A program made the position numbers and the translations under genes. From contig JBGPDX010000003.1 in NCBI GenBank assembly GCA_041482475.1, positions 1-38,703 of the forward strand: a stretch of DNA of 38,703 bases, read 5' to 3'. Numbering within the stretch: the stretch's first letter is position 1; each line of letters starts with the position of its first letter. Shown here one piece after another: positions 6,646-17,600 of this stretch. The notes under the pieces were generated by a model. The model saw only the letters and a list, made by a program, of their open reading frames with translations, was not told where the DNA came from and did no database searches. Source of the stretch: Candidatus Limnocylindria bacterium (GTDB lineage Bacteria > Chloroflexota > Limnocylindria > Limnocylindrales > CSP1-4).

Positions 6646-8412
6646 TCAGAACCCGCCGCTGGCCCCGCCTCCGAAGCCGCCACCGCCACCGAATCCACCA
6701 CCACCGCTCGAGCTCGGCGAGTTGCCGACGGTTCCGAGGACGTTGAACATGCCGCCGAAGTCCGGGATGGCGGAACCCGAGAACACTGACCCGCCGGGAC
6801 CGCCGCCGGTCGCCGACCCTGGCGCGCCGAACCAGACAGGGAACCACGCAGCCGTCGCCGGGACGCGCTGCGATTGGACGTCCGAAAGGGTCCTCGCCAG
6901 GACAGCCACGATCGCCGCGTTGAGGCCCAGGGCGGTGCCCCACACGACGGCCTGATCCGGCGTCTCCAGCCAGTTGAGTCTGGCCTCGTCGACGACCTGC
7001 TGCATCGAGCGGGCCTGGGCCATCGTCTTCTCGAGCGTCCGGCGATAGGCGGCCAGCATCGCGCGGACCACGGCGCCCGGCATCGTGACCGTCGGCATGA
7101 AGCCGGCCAGGACGAACGTCGCGATCCCGGCCGCGACGACCGCCAGGCCCAGGACGAGGGCGCCGGAGGACGGGACCTGCACGCCGATGAAAGCGACGAT
7201 GCCGCCGGCGACGAGCTCGATGATCGCCCGTCCACGCGTCCGCCACATGACCTGGGATGGCGGCGACGTGTACCAGCCGCCGGCCACGACCTGCTGCTCG
7301 AGCGCCTTGTCGAAGGTGCTCACGGAGCTCCCGAACTTGAGCACTTCGTCCGGCTCGATGTAATCGTCGGACGCCAGATCGCGCAGCTTGTCGAAGGCGA
7401 CGTTCTCCGCCGACCCGATCGGCCGTCGGTCGTTCAGCGCCCGGTGGGCTTCGGTGGTCGCGTCGCCTTTTGGTGGGTTCGTCAGGATCCCGACCTGGTG
7501 CTTCGAGCCGAGCAGGCCGGATCGACGATCCTCGAAGGACAGGCGGCCGCGACTGGCGAGGTCGAGCAGGGCGGTCGTCAGCGCCCGCCGGCTCGTTCGG
7601 CCCTCGACGATCACGGCCGCATCGGCGGCGGTCAGCTGGGCCGGCGGGGCCGGCATCAGGATCGACGGATCGTCGAGGTAGACCGGATCCTTGCCGTAGC
7701 GGATCCAGCGCAGGACGGCTGCGCCGACGAGCAGCGCAAACAGGACGGGGGCGGCAACGAGGGCGAGGATGGCGTTGATGGTCCGCGCCGTCGACAGGGC
7801 CTTGACCTGATCCGGCGAGACGGCCGCATCGAGCTGGGCCAGCGCGTCGTGCAGGGCGAGGTCGAACTGCGGCGGCGACTCCTTGAGCCGCGGGACGATC
7901 TGCTGGTCGACGATCCGCTGGGCATCGCGGTCCGGCAGGTAGGCGCTCCGGAAGCCGTCGCCGCTGACGATGGCGACCTGACCGTGGATGCCGCTGGGGT
8001 CGATGTCGAAGAGGACGACGACACCATCGTTGAAGCCATTCCGCCCGACGCCCCACTGGTTGCCCAGGGCGGCTGCCTGCGCCCGCGCCTCGTCGCCGGT
8101 CGTGCCGGCCGAGACCGACTGGCTGTAGACGACGACCTGGGCGCCGCTGCGATCCTCGATCGAATGGCTCACTCGTTCCGCATCGGCCAGCGCGGCAGGT
8201 GAGAAGATCCGCCGGTTGTCGTAGACGCGTTGCCCCTCGACCGGTGGCGGAAATGGCGGACCGGTCGGGACGAACGACGACAAGGGACCGGCCGCCGTCG
8301 TGGTCTGGGCCCACGCCAGGAGAACGGCGCTGACGATCGCTGCACTGGCAAGGCCGCGGACCGCCCGGTCACGCACTCGCGCGCGTGTGATCCGCGCCCC
8401 GTCGATCGTCAC
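6646..8412 (-). CDS. TPM-domain / DUF2207-like membrane protein
   Basis: TPM motifs (RVYD..IFS, WGVGRNGFNDGVVVL, GDG), several TM segments, Gly/Ser-rich GGGFGGGASGGF tail. Confidence 0.8.
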   Translation of the reverse strand: MTIDGARITRARVRDRAVRGLASAAIVSAVLLAWAQTTTAAGPLSSFVPTGPPFPPPVEGQRVYDNRRIFSPAALADAERVSHSIEDRSGAQVVVYSQSVSAGTTGDEARAQAAALGNQWGVGRNGFNDGVVVLFDIDPSGIHGQVAIVSGDGFRSAYLPDRDAQRIVDQQIVPRLKESPPQFDLALHDALAQLDAAVSPDQVKALSTARTINAILALVAAPVLFALLVGAAVLRWIRYGKDPVYLDDPSILMPAPPAQLTAADAAVIVEGRTSRRALTTALLDLASRGRLSFEDRRSGLLGSKHQVGILTNPPKGDATTEAHRALNDRRPIGSAENVAFDKLRDLASDDYIEPDEVLKFGSSVSTFDKALEQQVVAGGWYTSPPSQVMWRTRGRAIIELVAGGIVAFIGVQVPSSGALVLGLAVVAAGIATFVLAGFMPTVTMPGAVVRAMLAAYRRTLEKTMAQARSMQQVVDEARLNWLETPDQAVVWGTALGLNAAIVAVLARTLSDVQSQRVPATAAWFPVWFGAPGSATGGGPGGSVFSGSAIPDFGGMFNVLGTVGNSPSSSGGGGFGGGGGFGGGASGGF

Positions 8413-8475
8413 TGATCCCTCTCTGCCGCCCGGTCCTGACGTGGACCGCGGCGGAATGCTGTGTCCGGGGCCAGA

Positions 8476-10431
8476 CTAGCGGGCGGCGGCCGCCGTTGTG
8501 TCGTGCCGGGCGCGGATCCGGCGGGTGAGCTCGGCGGCCTGCTCGTATCGCCCGAAGCTCGGCATGACGTAGGTCCCGGCGACGAGCGACTCGACCTGGG
8601 CGAGGAACGCGAGGCTCATCTCGAGCCCCACCTCCGCGCCGCGCTCGCCGGCGGCGGCCATGGCCGCCCGCGCCGCGTCCGGGATCGTGATCCCCGGCAC
8701 CTCGTTGTGGAGGAACTCGGCGTGGCGTGCGCTCTGCAGGGGCAGGATCCCGAGCAGGACCGGGACGGGAATGCCACGACCGCCGAAGCGGCGGCGCGCC
8801 TCGCGGTCCATCGCTTCGACCTGGGCGAGGTCGTACAGCGGCTGGGTCATGACGAGGTGCGCACCGGCGTCGAGCTTGCGCTCGAGGCGCATCCATTCGG
8901 TGGCCTGGTCGGCGGCGGTCGGATCGAGGGCGCAGGCGATCGTGAAGCCGGCCCGCTGCCCGATCGGTGAGCCGGCCTGGTCCTCGCCGCGGTTGAGCCG
9001 GCTCAGGATCTCGACGAGCCCGATCGAGTCGACGTCCCACACACCGGTGCCCGTGGGGTAGTCGCCGACCCGCGGCGGATCGCCGGTCAGGGCGAGGATG
9101 TTGCGGACGCCCAGGGCGTGGGCGCCGAGCAGCTCGGACTCGATCGCCATGAGGTTGCGGTCGCGGGACGTGAAGTGGACGAGGCACTCGAGGTCGAGGT
9201 CGTGCTGGATGCCGAAGGCGACGGCCATCGCGCCCATCCGCACGCGGGCCATGGCCGAATCGCTGACGTTGATCAGGTCGACGCCGGCGTCGTGGAGCAG
9301 CCGTGCGGCCTCGATCGTCCGGTCGATCCGGATCGACCGCGGGGGGTCGATCTCGACCGAGATGACGAACCGTCCCTCGGCCAGCATGGCGGCGAGCCGC
9401 GTCGGGGGCGGCGCGTCGCCGGCCGGCCGTCGGCCGGCTTCGGGGGCCGCCGGGCGCTGTCGCGTGCCCTGGCCGGCCTGGGCCGGTCTGGCGACGGTTC
9501 CGGCCGCCCGCGCCCGTGCTCGCTGCGAATCGGCTCCGGCGAGGGCGTCGAGGCCCAGGCGCATCGCCGCGATGTGCTCGGGCGTCGTCCCGCAGCAGCC
9601 GCCGACGATCCGTGCCCCGGCGCGGACGAACCGGGCGACCATGCCGCCGAAGTAGTCCGGGCCGGCCGCGTAGACGAATTGTCCCTCGATGCGCTGGGGC
9701 AGTCCGGCGTTCGGCATGATCGAGCGGGGGAGCGGCGGCTCGTCGCCGCGGCCCATCGCCTCGATCGCGTCGAGGCAGGCCTGTGGTCCGACGCCGCAGT
9801 TGACGCCGACGGCGTCGACGCCCGCCGCGACGAGCGCCCGGGCCGCGGCTTCGGGGGTCGTCCCGTCCGGCAGGGTGAGGTCCTCCCCGAACGTCAGCTC
9901 GGCAACGATCGGCAGGTCGGCCGCCCGGCGAGCCTCGTCCACCGCCAGCAGGAGCTGGCGGAGGTCGACGTGGGTCTCGATGACGAAGGCGTCGATCCCA
10001 CCCTCGAGCAGGCCGTCGATCTGCTCGCGGTAGGCCGCTCGGACGCGCCCGTCGTCGAGATGGACCAGCTCCCGGGTGGGCGCGCCAAGCGGGCCGATGG
10101 AACCGCCCACCAGCGCCTCGCGACCGCTCACGTCGCGGGCTTCGCGGGCCACCTGAGCGGAGCGCCGACTGAACCGGTGGGCCTCGTCGGCCAGGCCGAA
10201 GGCGGCCAGGCGGAGGCGGTTCGCCCCGAAGCTGGCCGTCTCGATGAGATCCGCGCCGGCCTCGAGATACTCCCGGTGGATCGCCCCGATCAGGTCCGGG
10301 CGCGTCGCCGCCAGCTCGTCGAGGCAGGCGCGCTGGGGCAGGCCGCGGCTGAACAGCAGCGTCCCCATCCCGCCGTCGGCGAGGAGTGGGGCCCGGGCGA
10401 GGCGGTCCGCGAATCGCTCGCGCTCGTTCAC
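8476..10431 (-). CDS. yitJ: Bifunctional homocysteine S-methyltransferase / methylenetetrahydrofolate reductase
   Basis: DGGMGT, GVNCG, PNAGLP, GGCCGTTPEHI; C-half VEIDPP, RDRNL, TGDPP, TQPLYD, HNEVPGI. Confidence 0.93.
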   Translation of the reverse strand: MNERERFADRLARAPLLADGGMGTLLFSRGLPQRACLDELAATRPDLIGAIHREYLEAGADLIETASFGANRLRLAAFGLADEAHRFSRRSAQVAREARDVSGREALVGGSIGPLGAPTRELVHLDDGRVRAAYREQIDGLLEGGIDAFVIETHVDLRQLLLAVDEARRAADLPIVAELTFGEDLTLPDGTTPEAAARALVAAGVDAVGVNCGVGPQACLDAIEAMGRGDEPPLPRSIMPNAGLPQRIEGQFVYAAGPDYFGGMVARFVRAGARIVGGCCGTTPEHIAAMRLGLDALAGADSQRARARAAGTVARPAQAGQGTRQRPAAPEAGRRPAGDAPPPTRLAAMLAEGRFVISVEIDPPRSIRIDRTIEAARLLHDAGVDLINVSDSAMARVRMGAMAVAFGIQHDLDLECLVHFTSRDRNLMAIESELLGAHALGVRNILALTGDPPRVGDYPTGTGVWDVDSIGLVEILSRLNRGEDQAGSPIGQRAGFTIACALDPTAADQATEWMRLERKLDAGAHLVMTQPLYDLAQVEAMDREARRRFGGRGIPVPVLLGILPLQSARHAEFLHNEVPGITIPDAARAAMAAAGERGAEVGLEMSLAFLAQVESLVAGTYVMPSFGRYEQAAELTRRIRARHDTTAAAAR

Positions 10432-10440
10432 CGGGACAGC

Positions 10441-11742
10441 CTACCCGAGGGTCGAGACCGCTCCCCGCCGGCGCGCCAGGACGAGCCGGCCGTCCGGCTC
10501 CAGCAGGACCTGCGGCGGCCGCGGCCGGCCGTTGTAGGTCGACGACTGCGAGGCGGCATACGCCCCGCTGTCGCGGATCGCGACGAGGTCGCCGCGGCCG
10601 AGCGGCGGCAGGTCGTGGACGCCGAGCTCGTCGGTCGACTCGCAGATCGGCCCGGCCACGCGGGTCGCGACGAGGCCGATCCGTCCGGCCGCCGCGTCCC
10701 GCGTCCGGCCGCGCGAGGTCAGCGCGACCGTGTCGTGGCGCGCGCCGTAGAGCGCCGGTCGGATCAACTCGGTCATGCCGGCGTCGAGGACGACCTGCGG
10801 CCCGCCGCGGTCGCGGACGTGCAGGACGCGGGCGACCAGCCAGCCGCCGCGTGCGACAAGAAACCGGCCGGGCTCGATGGCGAGCCGCCGCGGTCGCCGG
10901 TTCGCGGGGATCGCGTCGAGGAGGGCCGGCACTTCGCGGGCGAATCGCTCCGGGGTCGGCGACGGTTCAGCCAGGCGGGTGACGGGGAACCCGCCGCCGA
11001 CGTCGAGGGTGTCGAAGTCCGGCAGGGTGCCGCGGAGCAGGGCCAGGAGCGCCAGGCCCCGCCGCACGGCATCGCGCCACGCGTCGATCGCGCCAAGCTG
11101 CGAGCCGACGTGGAGATGGATCCCACGCGGGCGGATCGGGCCGCTCCCGCCACCGACCGCGTCGATCGCTTCGGACAGCTCGGCCTCGGTCATGCCGAAC
11201 TTCGACGTGCCGCTCCCGACCGCCAGCCCACGGTGCGTTTCGGGCGTCACGTCCGGGTTCAGGCGGAAGAGCACGTCGAGCGGCGCGGCCAGGCCTCGCC
11301 GGCGGGCGCTGCGCGCCAGGGCGGCCGCTTCGGCCGGCGACTCGATGGCGAGCCAGCGGATGGGAACGCCCGCTCGCGTCGTTCGGACGACCGCGCCGAG
11401 GTCCGCGTCGGTCTTGCCGACGCCCTCGAAGGTGATGTGCTCGTTGGGCACGCCGGCGCGCGTGGCGATCGCCCATTCGCCGCGCGACACGACGTTGGCC
11501 CCGAATCCGCGCTCGGCGAGGAGCCGCACGATCGCGCCTACGTCGTTGGCCTTGATCGAGTACTGCCGCAGCCAGGGATCCGGAAAGGCCGCCGTCATCG
11601 TGCGAGCCGCCGCGTCGATCGCGGCGACGTCGGTCACGTAGAGCGGTGTCCCGAATCGTGCCGCGGCATCGAGAAGCCCGGCCGCGATCGCCCGCAGCCG
11701 GTCCGCATCCGGCGCCGCCGCGTCCCGCGGCGGGCGAGCCAT
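10441..11742 (-). CDS. lysA: Diaminopimelate decarboxylase (fold-type III PLP enzyme)
   Basis: YSIKAN (PLP Lys), SKFG, HLHVGSQ, DVGGG, IEPGR, IRPALY, GPICESTD, GAY..SSTYNGRPRP. Confidence 0.88.
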   Translation of the reverse strand: MARPPRDAAAPDADRLRAIAAGLLDAAARFGTPLYVTDVAAIDAAARTMTAAFPDPWLRQYSIKANDVGAIVRLLAERGFGANVVSRGEWAIATRAGVPNEHITFEGVGKTDADLGAVVRTTRAGVPIRWLAIESPAEAAALARSARRRGLAAPLDVLFRLNPDVTPETHRGLAVGSGTSKFGMTEAELSEAIDAVGGGSGPIRPRGIHLHVGSQLGAIDAWRDAVRRGLALLALLRGTLPDFDTLDVGGGFPVTRLAEPSPTPERFAREVPALLDAIPANRRPRRLAIEPGRFLVARGGWLVARVLHVRDRGGPQVVLDAGMTELIRPALYGARHDTVALTSRGRTRDAAAGRIGLVATRVAGPICESTDELGVHDLPPLGRGDLVAIRDSGAYAASQSSTYNGRPRPPQVLLEPDGRLVLARRRGAVSTLG

Positions 11743-11745
11743 GGC

Positions 11746-12147
11746 CTACAGGAGTCTGCGGGGCGCGAGCGCCATGTTCACGAGGGTCGACACGACGCTG
11801 ATGACGATCGCGCCGAGGAGGGCGCCGACGATGGCGTCGGCGTTGAGGTTCGGCGGGAAGGCGCCGACCTTGAAGCCGAGCTTGAACTGGTCCGACAGGA
11901 ACGCTGTCAGCAGGAGCATCGCGGCGTTGATGACGAACCCGATCAGGCCGAGGGTCAGGATGCCGATCGGGAACGACAGCGCCTTGACGATCGGCTTGAG
12001 GTAGCTGTTGACGAGGGCGAAGATCAGGGCGACGACGAGGAGCTTCCACCAGTCGGCGCCGTAGCTGAAGACGATCTGCGGGATGAGCTGGACGGCGGCC
12101 CACAGGGCGGCGGCGTTGACCAGCACCTTGACGATCAGCTCGGCCAC
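11746..12147 (-). CDS. 4-TM holin-family membrane protein (YvlD/DUF360-like)
   Basis: LVNSYLKPIVKALSFPIGILTLGLIGFVINA motif; SD GGAGG. Confidence 0.85.
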   Translation of the reverse strand: MAELIVKVLVNAAALWAAVQLIPQIVFSYGADWWKLLVVALIFALVNSYLKPIVKALSFPIGILTLGLIGFVINAAMLLLTAFLSDQFKLGFKVGAFPPNLNADAIVGALLGAIVISVVSTLVNMALAPRRLL

Positions 12148-12221
12148 GAGGTCCTCCCTCTACTCAACTCCGGCCGCGCGGCGGGTTGCCGGATGGTCAC
12201 CCGAATCATCGCAGATGCCCG

Positions 12222-12848
12222 CTACCCGGCGGGCCGGCCGGCGCGGGCAACAGCCGCATCCACGGACGCCGCCAGGCGCGACTTCACGGCGGGCCACTCG
12301 TCGTCGATGACGCTGTAGTACGCGGAGTGCCGCAGCCGGCCGCCCGGCATGACCATGTGATTCCGGAACACCCCCTCGAACGTCGTGCCGATCGCCAGCA
12401 GCGCCGCTCGCGCCGGTTCGTTGAGCGAGTCGGTCTTGAACTCCACCCGGTGGCAGCCGAGCGCCTCGAAGGCGTGGCCGAGCATGAGCAGCTTCGCCTC
12501 GCGATTGGCGCCGCTGCGCTGCCACGCACGGGCCACCCAGCTCCAGCCGATCTCGAGGCGGAGGTGCTCGGCGACGATGCTCATGTAGCGGCTGCTGCCG
12601 ATCGGACGGCCGGAGGCCCGCTCGACGGTGACGAAGGGGAGCTCCGAACCCGCGGCCGCGTTCGCCATGGCCGTCGCCATCCACGCCTCGAGAGTGGCTC
12701 GATCCGTTGGGCGGGCGACCGTCCACTGCCACAGCAACGGATCGAGGCCGATCCGCTCGAGACCGTCGAGGTGGCGCGTCGACATCGGTTCGAGACGGAC
12801 GAGCCGTCCCTCGAGGGTCACCGGGTCGAGCGGCGTCGGCAGCGACAT
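12222..12848 (-). CDS. GNAT N-acetyltransferase (RimJ/RimL-like)
   Basis: LEGRLVRLEP, LEIGWSW, NREAKLLML..AFE, RVEFKTD..N, FEGVFRNH; TACGAT 7 nt before ATG 12848. Confidence 0.9.
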   Translation of the reverse strand: MSLPTPLDPVTLEGRLVRLEPMSTRHLDGLERIGLDPLLWQWTVARPTDRATLEAWMATAMANAAAGSELPFVTVERASGRPIGSSRYMSIVAEHLRLEIGWSWVARAWQRSGANREAKLLMLGHAFEALGCHRVEFKTDSLNEPARAALLAIGTTFEGVFRNHMVMPGGRLRHSAYYSVIDDEWPAVKSRLAASVDAAVARAGRPAG

Positions 12849-12924
12849 CCCGGCGATCGTAGGCCGACGGCCCGTCACGCCGCTAGACTCGTCCCATTCC
12901 CATCGATCGTCGCAGGAGCCGTCC

Positions 12925-14685
12925 GTGTCCGTGTTCGCCGAACGCCTCGAGACGTTCCTCGGCGAGTTCTTCGCCCTGAACCCCGTCCACGCCACGGCCG
13001 CCGGGATGCACGACCACGATGGGCGCTGGCCCGACCTCACGGAAGCCGGCCGGTTGGAGCGACTCGCCTTCGTCGACCGCTGGGAGCGGGACTTCGCCGC
13101 CATCGACGCGGCCGACCTGACGTGGGATGACAAGATCGATCGCGATCTCATCCTCCTCGAGCTCGCCGCCGCCCGCTTCGCCGAGGGAGAGCTCCGCGAG
13201 GAGGGGTGGAACCCGCTCGAGTGGGTCTACATCGTCGGCGGCGGACTGTTTCCGCTGCTCGCCCGCGACTTCGCGCCACTGGCCGACCGGCTGGCCTCGA
13301 CGGCGTCGCGGCTCGAGGGGATTCCGGGCGTCTTCGCCGCCGCTCGCGAGGTCCTCGCCGGCGGTGCGGGTCGTCCCGTCGCCCGCTTCCAGACGGAGAA
13401 CGCGATCCGCCAGGTGGCGGGACTCGCCGAGCTCGCCGACGACGCCGTCCGCGCCGCAGACGAGAGCTCGACCGATCCCGCCGTCGCCGCGATCGACCCG
13501 CGGGTCCGTTCGGCGGCCGCCGTCGCCAAGGACGCCTTCACGGCGTTCGAGGTGCATCTCCGCGACGTCGTCCTGCCGCTGAGCGAGGGCGAGGGCCGGC
13601 TGGGCGCGGAGCTGTTCGCGGCGAAGATGCGCCACACCCTGCGCAGCGACACGCCGACGCCGGAACGCATCCTCGACCACGCTCAGCGCGAGTTCGCCGC
13701 GGTCCGCGCGGAGATGGTCCGCCTCGCTCGCCACCTGTGGCCGGCGTGGTGCCCGGGACGGCCGGTGCCGGCAGACGACGGGACGCTCGTGCGGTCCGTT
13801 CTGGACGCCATCGCCGCGGACCACCCGGCGGCCGACCGCCTGCTCGACTTCTGCCGCGACGAGCTGGCCGGGATCGAGGCCTTCTGTCGCGAACGCGAGC
13901 TGATCGGGCTGCCAGACGATCCACTCGACATCCGCTGGACGCCGGCATTCCTGCGCACGTTCGGCGGCGCGATGCTCGACTCGCCCGGTCCGCTCGACAA
14001 GGGCCAGAAGGCGTTCTTCGCGATCACCCCGATCCCGGACGACTGGACCGACGAGCAGCGCGAGTCGTACCTCCGTGAGGACAACGCGCGACAGTTGCGC
14101 CTGCTGACCATCCACGAGGCCGTTCCGGGCCACTACCTTCAGGGCGCATACGCCAATCGCTGCCCGTCGATCGCCCGGGCCGTGTTCTGGAGTGGCGTCT
14201 TCGCCGAGGGCTGGGCCGTCTACGTGACCCAGGTGATGATGGATCTGGGCTACGGCGCGGACGATCCGGCGCTCCTGCTTGTCCACTGGAAGTTCTACCT
14301 GCGATCTGCGACGAATGCGATCATCGACATCCGGATCCACACCGCCGGGATGACCGAGGACGAAGCCGTCTCGCTGATGGTCGACGGCGGTTTCCAGGAG
14401 GAGGCGGAAGCGCGCAACAAGTACAACCGCGCGCGCCTGTCATCGACCCAGCTGTCGACGTACTTCGTGGGCTCGCTCGAGTTCTGGGACATCGAGCATC
14501 AGGCCCGGCGACGCGCTGCGGCCGCGTCCGGCGACCCGCGCGGGAAAGCAGCGGTCCCGGAGCCGCGCGTCGTCGGTGGGTTCGGCGACACGCCCGGCTT
14601 CGACTACCGTCGTCACCTCGAGGCCTGCATCTCCAGCGGATCGCCGCCGATGCCGCTCCTGCGCCGGGTGTTGCTGCCGGGCTGA
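12925..14685 (+). CDS. DUF885 family protein (metallopeptidase-like motifs)
   Basis: HEAVPGHYLQ, FAEGWAVY, IDIRIH, QLSTYFVG; SD AGGAG before GTG 12925. Confidence 0.88.
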   Translation: MSVFAERLETFLGEFFALNPVHATAAGMHDHDGRWPDLTEAGRLERLAFVDRWERDFAAIDAADLTWDDKIDRDLILLELAAARFAEGELREEGWNPLEWVYIVGGGLFPLLARDFAPLADRLASTASRLEGIPGVFAAAREVLAGGAGRPVARFQTENAIRQVAGLAELADDAVRAADESSTDPAVAAIDPRVRSAAAVAKDAFTAFEVHLRDVVLPLSEGEGRLGAELFAAKMRHTLRSDTPTPERILDHAQREFAAVRAEMVRLARHLWPAWCPGRPVPADDGTLVRSVLDAIAADHPAADRLLDFCRDELAGIEAFCRERELIGLPDDPLDIRWTPAFLRTFGGAMLDSPGPLDKGQKAFFAITPIPDDWTDEQRESYLREDNARQLRLLTIHEAVPGHYLQGAYANRCPSIARAVFWSGVFAEGWAVYVTQVMMDLGYGADDPALLLVHWKFYLRSATNAIIDIRIHTAGMTEDEAVSLMVDGGFQEEAEARNKYNRARLSSTQLSTYFVGSLEFWDIEHQARRRAAAASGDPRGKAAVPEPRVVGGFGDTPGFDYRRHLEACISSGSPPMPLLRRVLLPG

Positions 14686-14686
14686 G

Positions 14687-17600
14687 CTAGGGGCGCGCCA
14701 CGCGGGGCCGGTTCGGTCGCGGGCGAGCAGGCGGACCGACCAACGCCCGCAGCGTGTCGACCCGGTAGCCGGACTGCTCGCCGCTCGCGGCGAGTCGCAG
14801 GATGAGGGCCGCCTCGGCGGCGAGAGCCTTGTCGTCGACCGTGGCATCGATGGCGTCGAGGAGCAGGGCCCAGTCGAGCAGGTCGCGCCACTCGTCGCGC
14901 CCGAACCACTCGACGCCCTCCCAGCGGTTGACGCGAAGGAAGGCCCGAACGTCCGGCTGGTCGAGCCACGCGCTCACCAGGCGTCTGGCCCGCTCGGGCG
15001 TCGTTCGACCGCCGACGTTCGACGGTCGCGGCAGGGCGAGCAGCAGCCCCACCCGTTCCGTCGCTCCCCAGGCCGCCGCCTCGTCGAGCCCGGCCGCGCG
15101 GAATGCGCCGGCCAGGACGCTCGCCAGCCGCAGCTCGTCGAACCAGGCTCGGCTGGTGGGCCCGACCATCGCTCTCGGCGCGAGGCCGCCCAGTGGCTCG
15201 AGGATCGACCAGCCGGCGAGGACCGCGCGGTGCCACGGATCGGCGAACGCGGCACGGACCGGGTGGAGGGGATCCCGCGCCGCCGCTCGCGCCGCCCGCG
15301 ACGCTCGCGACGCCGCCCCCGTCGATCCTGCCGCAGGCACGTCGCCGGCGGATCGCCGGCCGATCGCCAACAGCCGCCCGACCGCCACGCCGGCGACGCG
15401 ACCCGGATCGCCCGTCGTTCCGGTGGCTTCGGCGACGCTCCGTGCGAGCGCGGCCTGCGAGCCCTCGATCGCGTCGGCGTCGACAGGCCGGCCATCGCGG
15501 ACGAGCTCGACCATGCCGCTCGTCGCCGCCAGCGCGCGGATGGCCGCGTGAACGGGCTCGAGCTCGAGCTCGCGGAGCGCGTCCTCGAGGCTTGGCACGC
15601 CGGCGCCCTGCAGGTGGCCCGCCAGCCGTCGCCAGACGCCGACGCGATCGACGATGTCGCGGAACTCCCAGAACACGTGGCAGCGGTACGCGTCGAGCTG
15701 GAGCCACAGCCCGCCGTCGCGCAATTCGGCCGCGGAACGCAGGTACTCCAGTCCACCCCGCGCGTCGCGGAAGGCGACGAACGCGTCGCCGCCTCCGGTC
15801 AGGCGCAGGCCTTCGGCCAGGCTGCGCTGTTCGACGTGCTTCGACCCATCCGCGCCCTTGACGGCGTAGCCGACGGAGCGCCGGATGCGGCCGGACGTCG
15901 AGGCGAAGCGGTTGTGGTAGACGACCAGTGAGCGAGCCGGGCCGCGCCCATTCGAATAGGCGAAGACGTTCTCGTCGACGCCGCCCTGGTCGTGCTCGAA
16001 GTCGTAGAGCAGGAAGTCGTCGGCGCCGGCGAACTGCGCGCGCCGGTGGAGGAGCGGGAAGATCTCGCGCTCGTGGCGCTCGACGAGCCACGGATCGGGC
16101 CGCTCGTCGAGCGTCGCCCTGCGGAACTCCATCCCGTACTTCTCGCCGAATCCCTCCACCTGGCCGTGACCCAGCAACGGCAGTCCGGGGAGTGTCGCGA
16201 GCAGCGTCGCAACGCCGAAGTACTTGTCGCCCTTGCCGAACTGCTCGACCGCGGTCGCCTCGTCCGGGTTGCTCATGAAGTTCACATACCGCTTGAGGAT
16301 CTCCGGATCGAACTCGAGGGTCTCCTTCATCACGCGCCGATAGCCACCGTTGGTCTCGTCTCGCAGCATGTGCATGAAGGCGCTGTTGTAGACGCGGTGC
16401 ATCCCGAGCGTCCGGACGAAGTAGCCCTCGAGCAGCCAGAACGCCTCGGCCAGGAGGAGCGTGTCGGGGACCTGTGTCGCGACCCGGTCGACGACGTCGC
16501 GCCAGAACTCCGTCGGCATCGCGGCGTCGAAGGCGGCCTTCGGCAGCGCATGCTCGGCGCGCGACGGGATCGCGCCGCCGGCGCCCGGCTCCGGGTACCA
16601 CAGGCGCTCGACGTGCTTCCTGGCGAGGACCATCGCGGCGTCGAAGCGGATGATCGGGAAGCGTCGGGCGACGTCGAGGATCGTCTCGATGACGGCCTCG
16701 CGGACCTCCGCCTTGAGGTAGTCGAGCTGCGCCGTGTCGTTCCACGGAAAGCTCGTCCCGTCGTTGCCGTGGTAGACGAATCGATTCTCGCCGGACCATC
16801 GGTCGAGGCGGCGGAACACGACCGCCGCATCCGACGAGTCGTAGTAATGGTCCTCGAGGAAGATCCCGACCCGCTCGTCGGACGACAGGTCCGGGCCGCC
16901 GAACGAATACGACGGGTAGGGCGGCTCCGGCAGCGAGATGAACCGCTCTGGGTGCTCGACCATCCAGCGCGAATCGATCCCCATGTGGTTCGGCACCATG
17001 TCCGACGCGAGGCGGATGCCGCGCGACCAGGCCCGGCCGCGCAGGTTGGCGAACGCGGACTCGCCGCCCAGGTCGTCGGCGATGCGGTAGTCGTCGAGTG
17101 AGTAGGCCGACGCGACGGCGTCGACGTTGCCGCGCAGTTGCTTGATCCGCCGCGACGCGCGCGACCGTTCCCACAGCCCGATCAGCCACAGCCCGCTGAC
17201 GCCCCAGCGGGCCAGCGTGTCGAGCTCCTCGTCGGGGATCGCGTCGAGGCTGTGGATGTCGCGGCCGTAGCGGCGGGACAGCTGGTCGAGCCAGACATAC
17301 GTGCTGCGGGCGAGGAGGACGACCCGCGGCATCCACTCCGAGTCGGAGCTGAACCGCTCCGGCTCCGCGTCGAGGCCGCCGAACGACGGCGTCTCGACCA
17401 GGCCACCGAAACCACCCTGGCCGCCGCCGAACCGGAGATGGAGGGCGCGCTCCTCCTCGGCCAGGACGTCGAGGCCGATGAGGATCCTGTCGAGGAGAGC
17501 GCCGAGCTCGCCCAGCAGCGGCGCCCAGCGGTCACGGACGTAGCGGAGCTGGCCGGCGAGCGACGTCGGCGAGGCGCCAACCGGCGCGCGGAGCATCGCC

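Noticed and set aside
11746-12147. Prophage remnant suggested by the holin-family gene
   Set aside because: No endolysin, structural or integrase genes; this family is common in non-phage contexts.
9118-12318. Very long opposite-strand or alternate-frame ORFs (also 23195-26515, 31803-34094, 35738-38413, 14613-17336)
   Set aside because: Shadows of well-supported genes in GC-rich DNA; no recognisable motifs.
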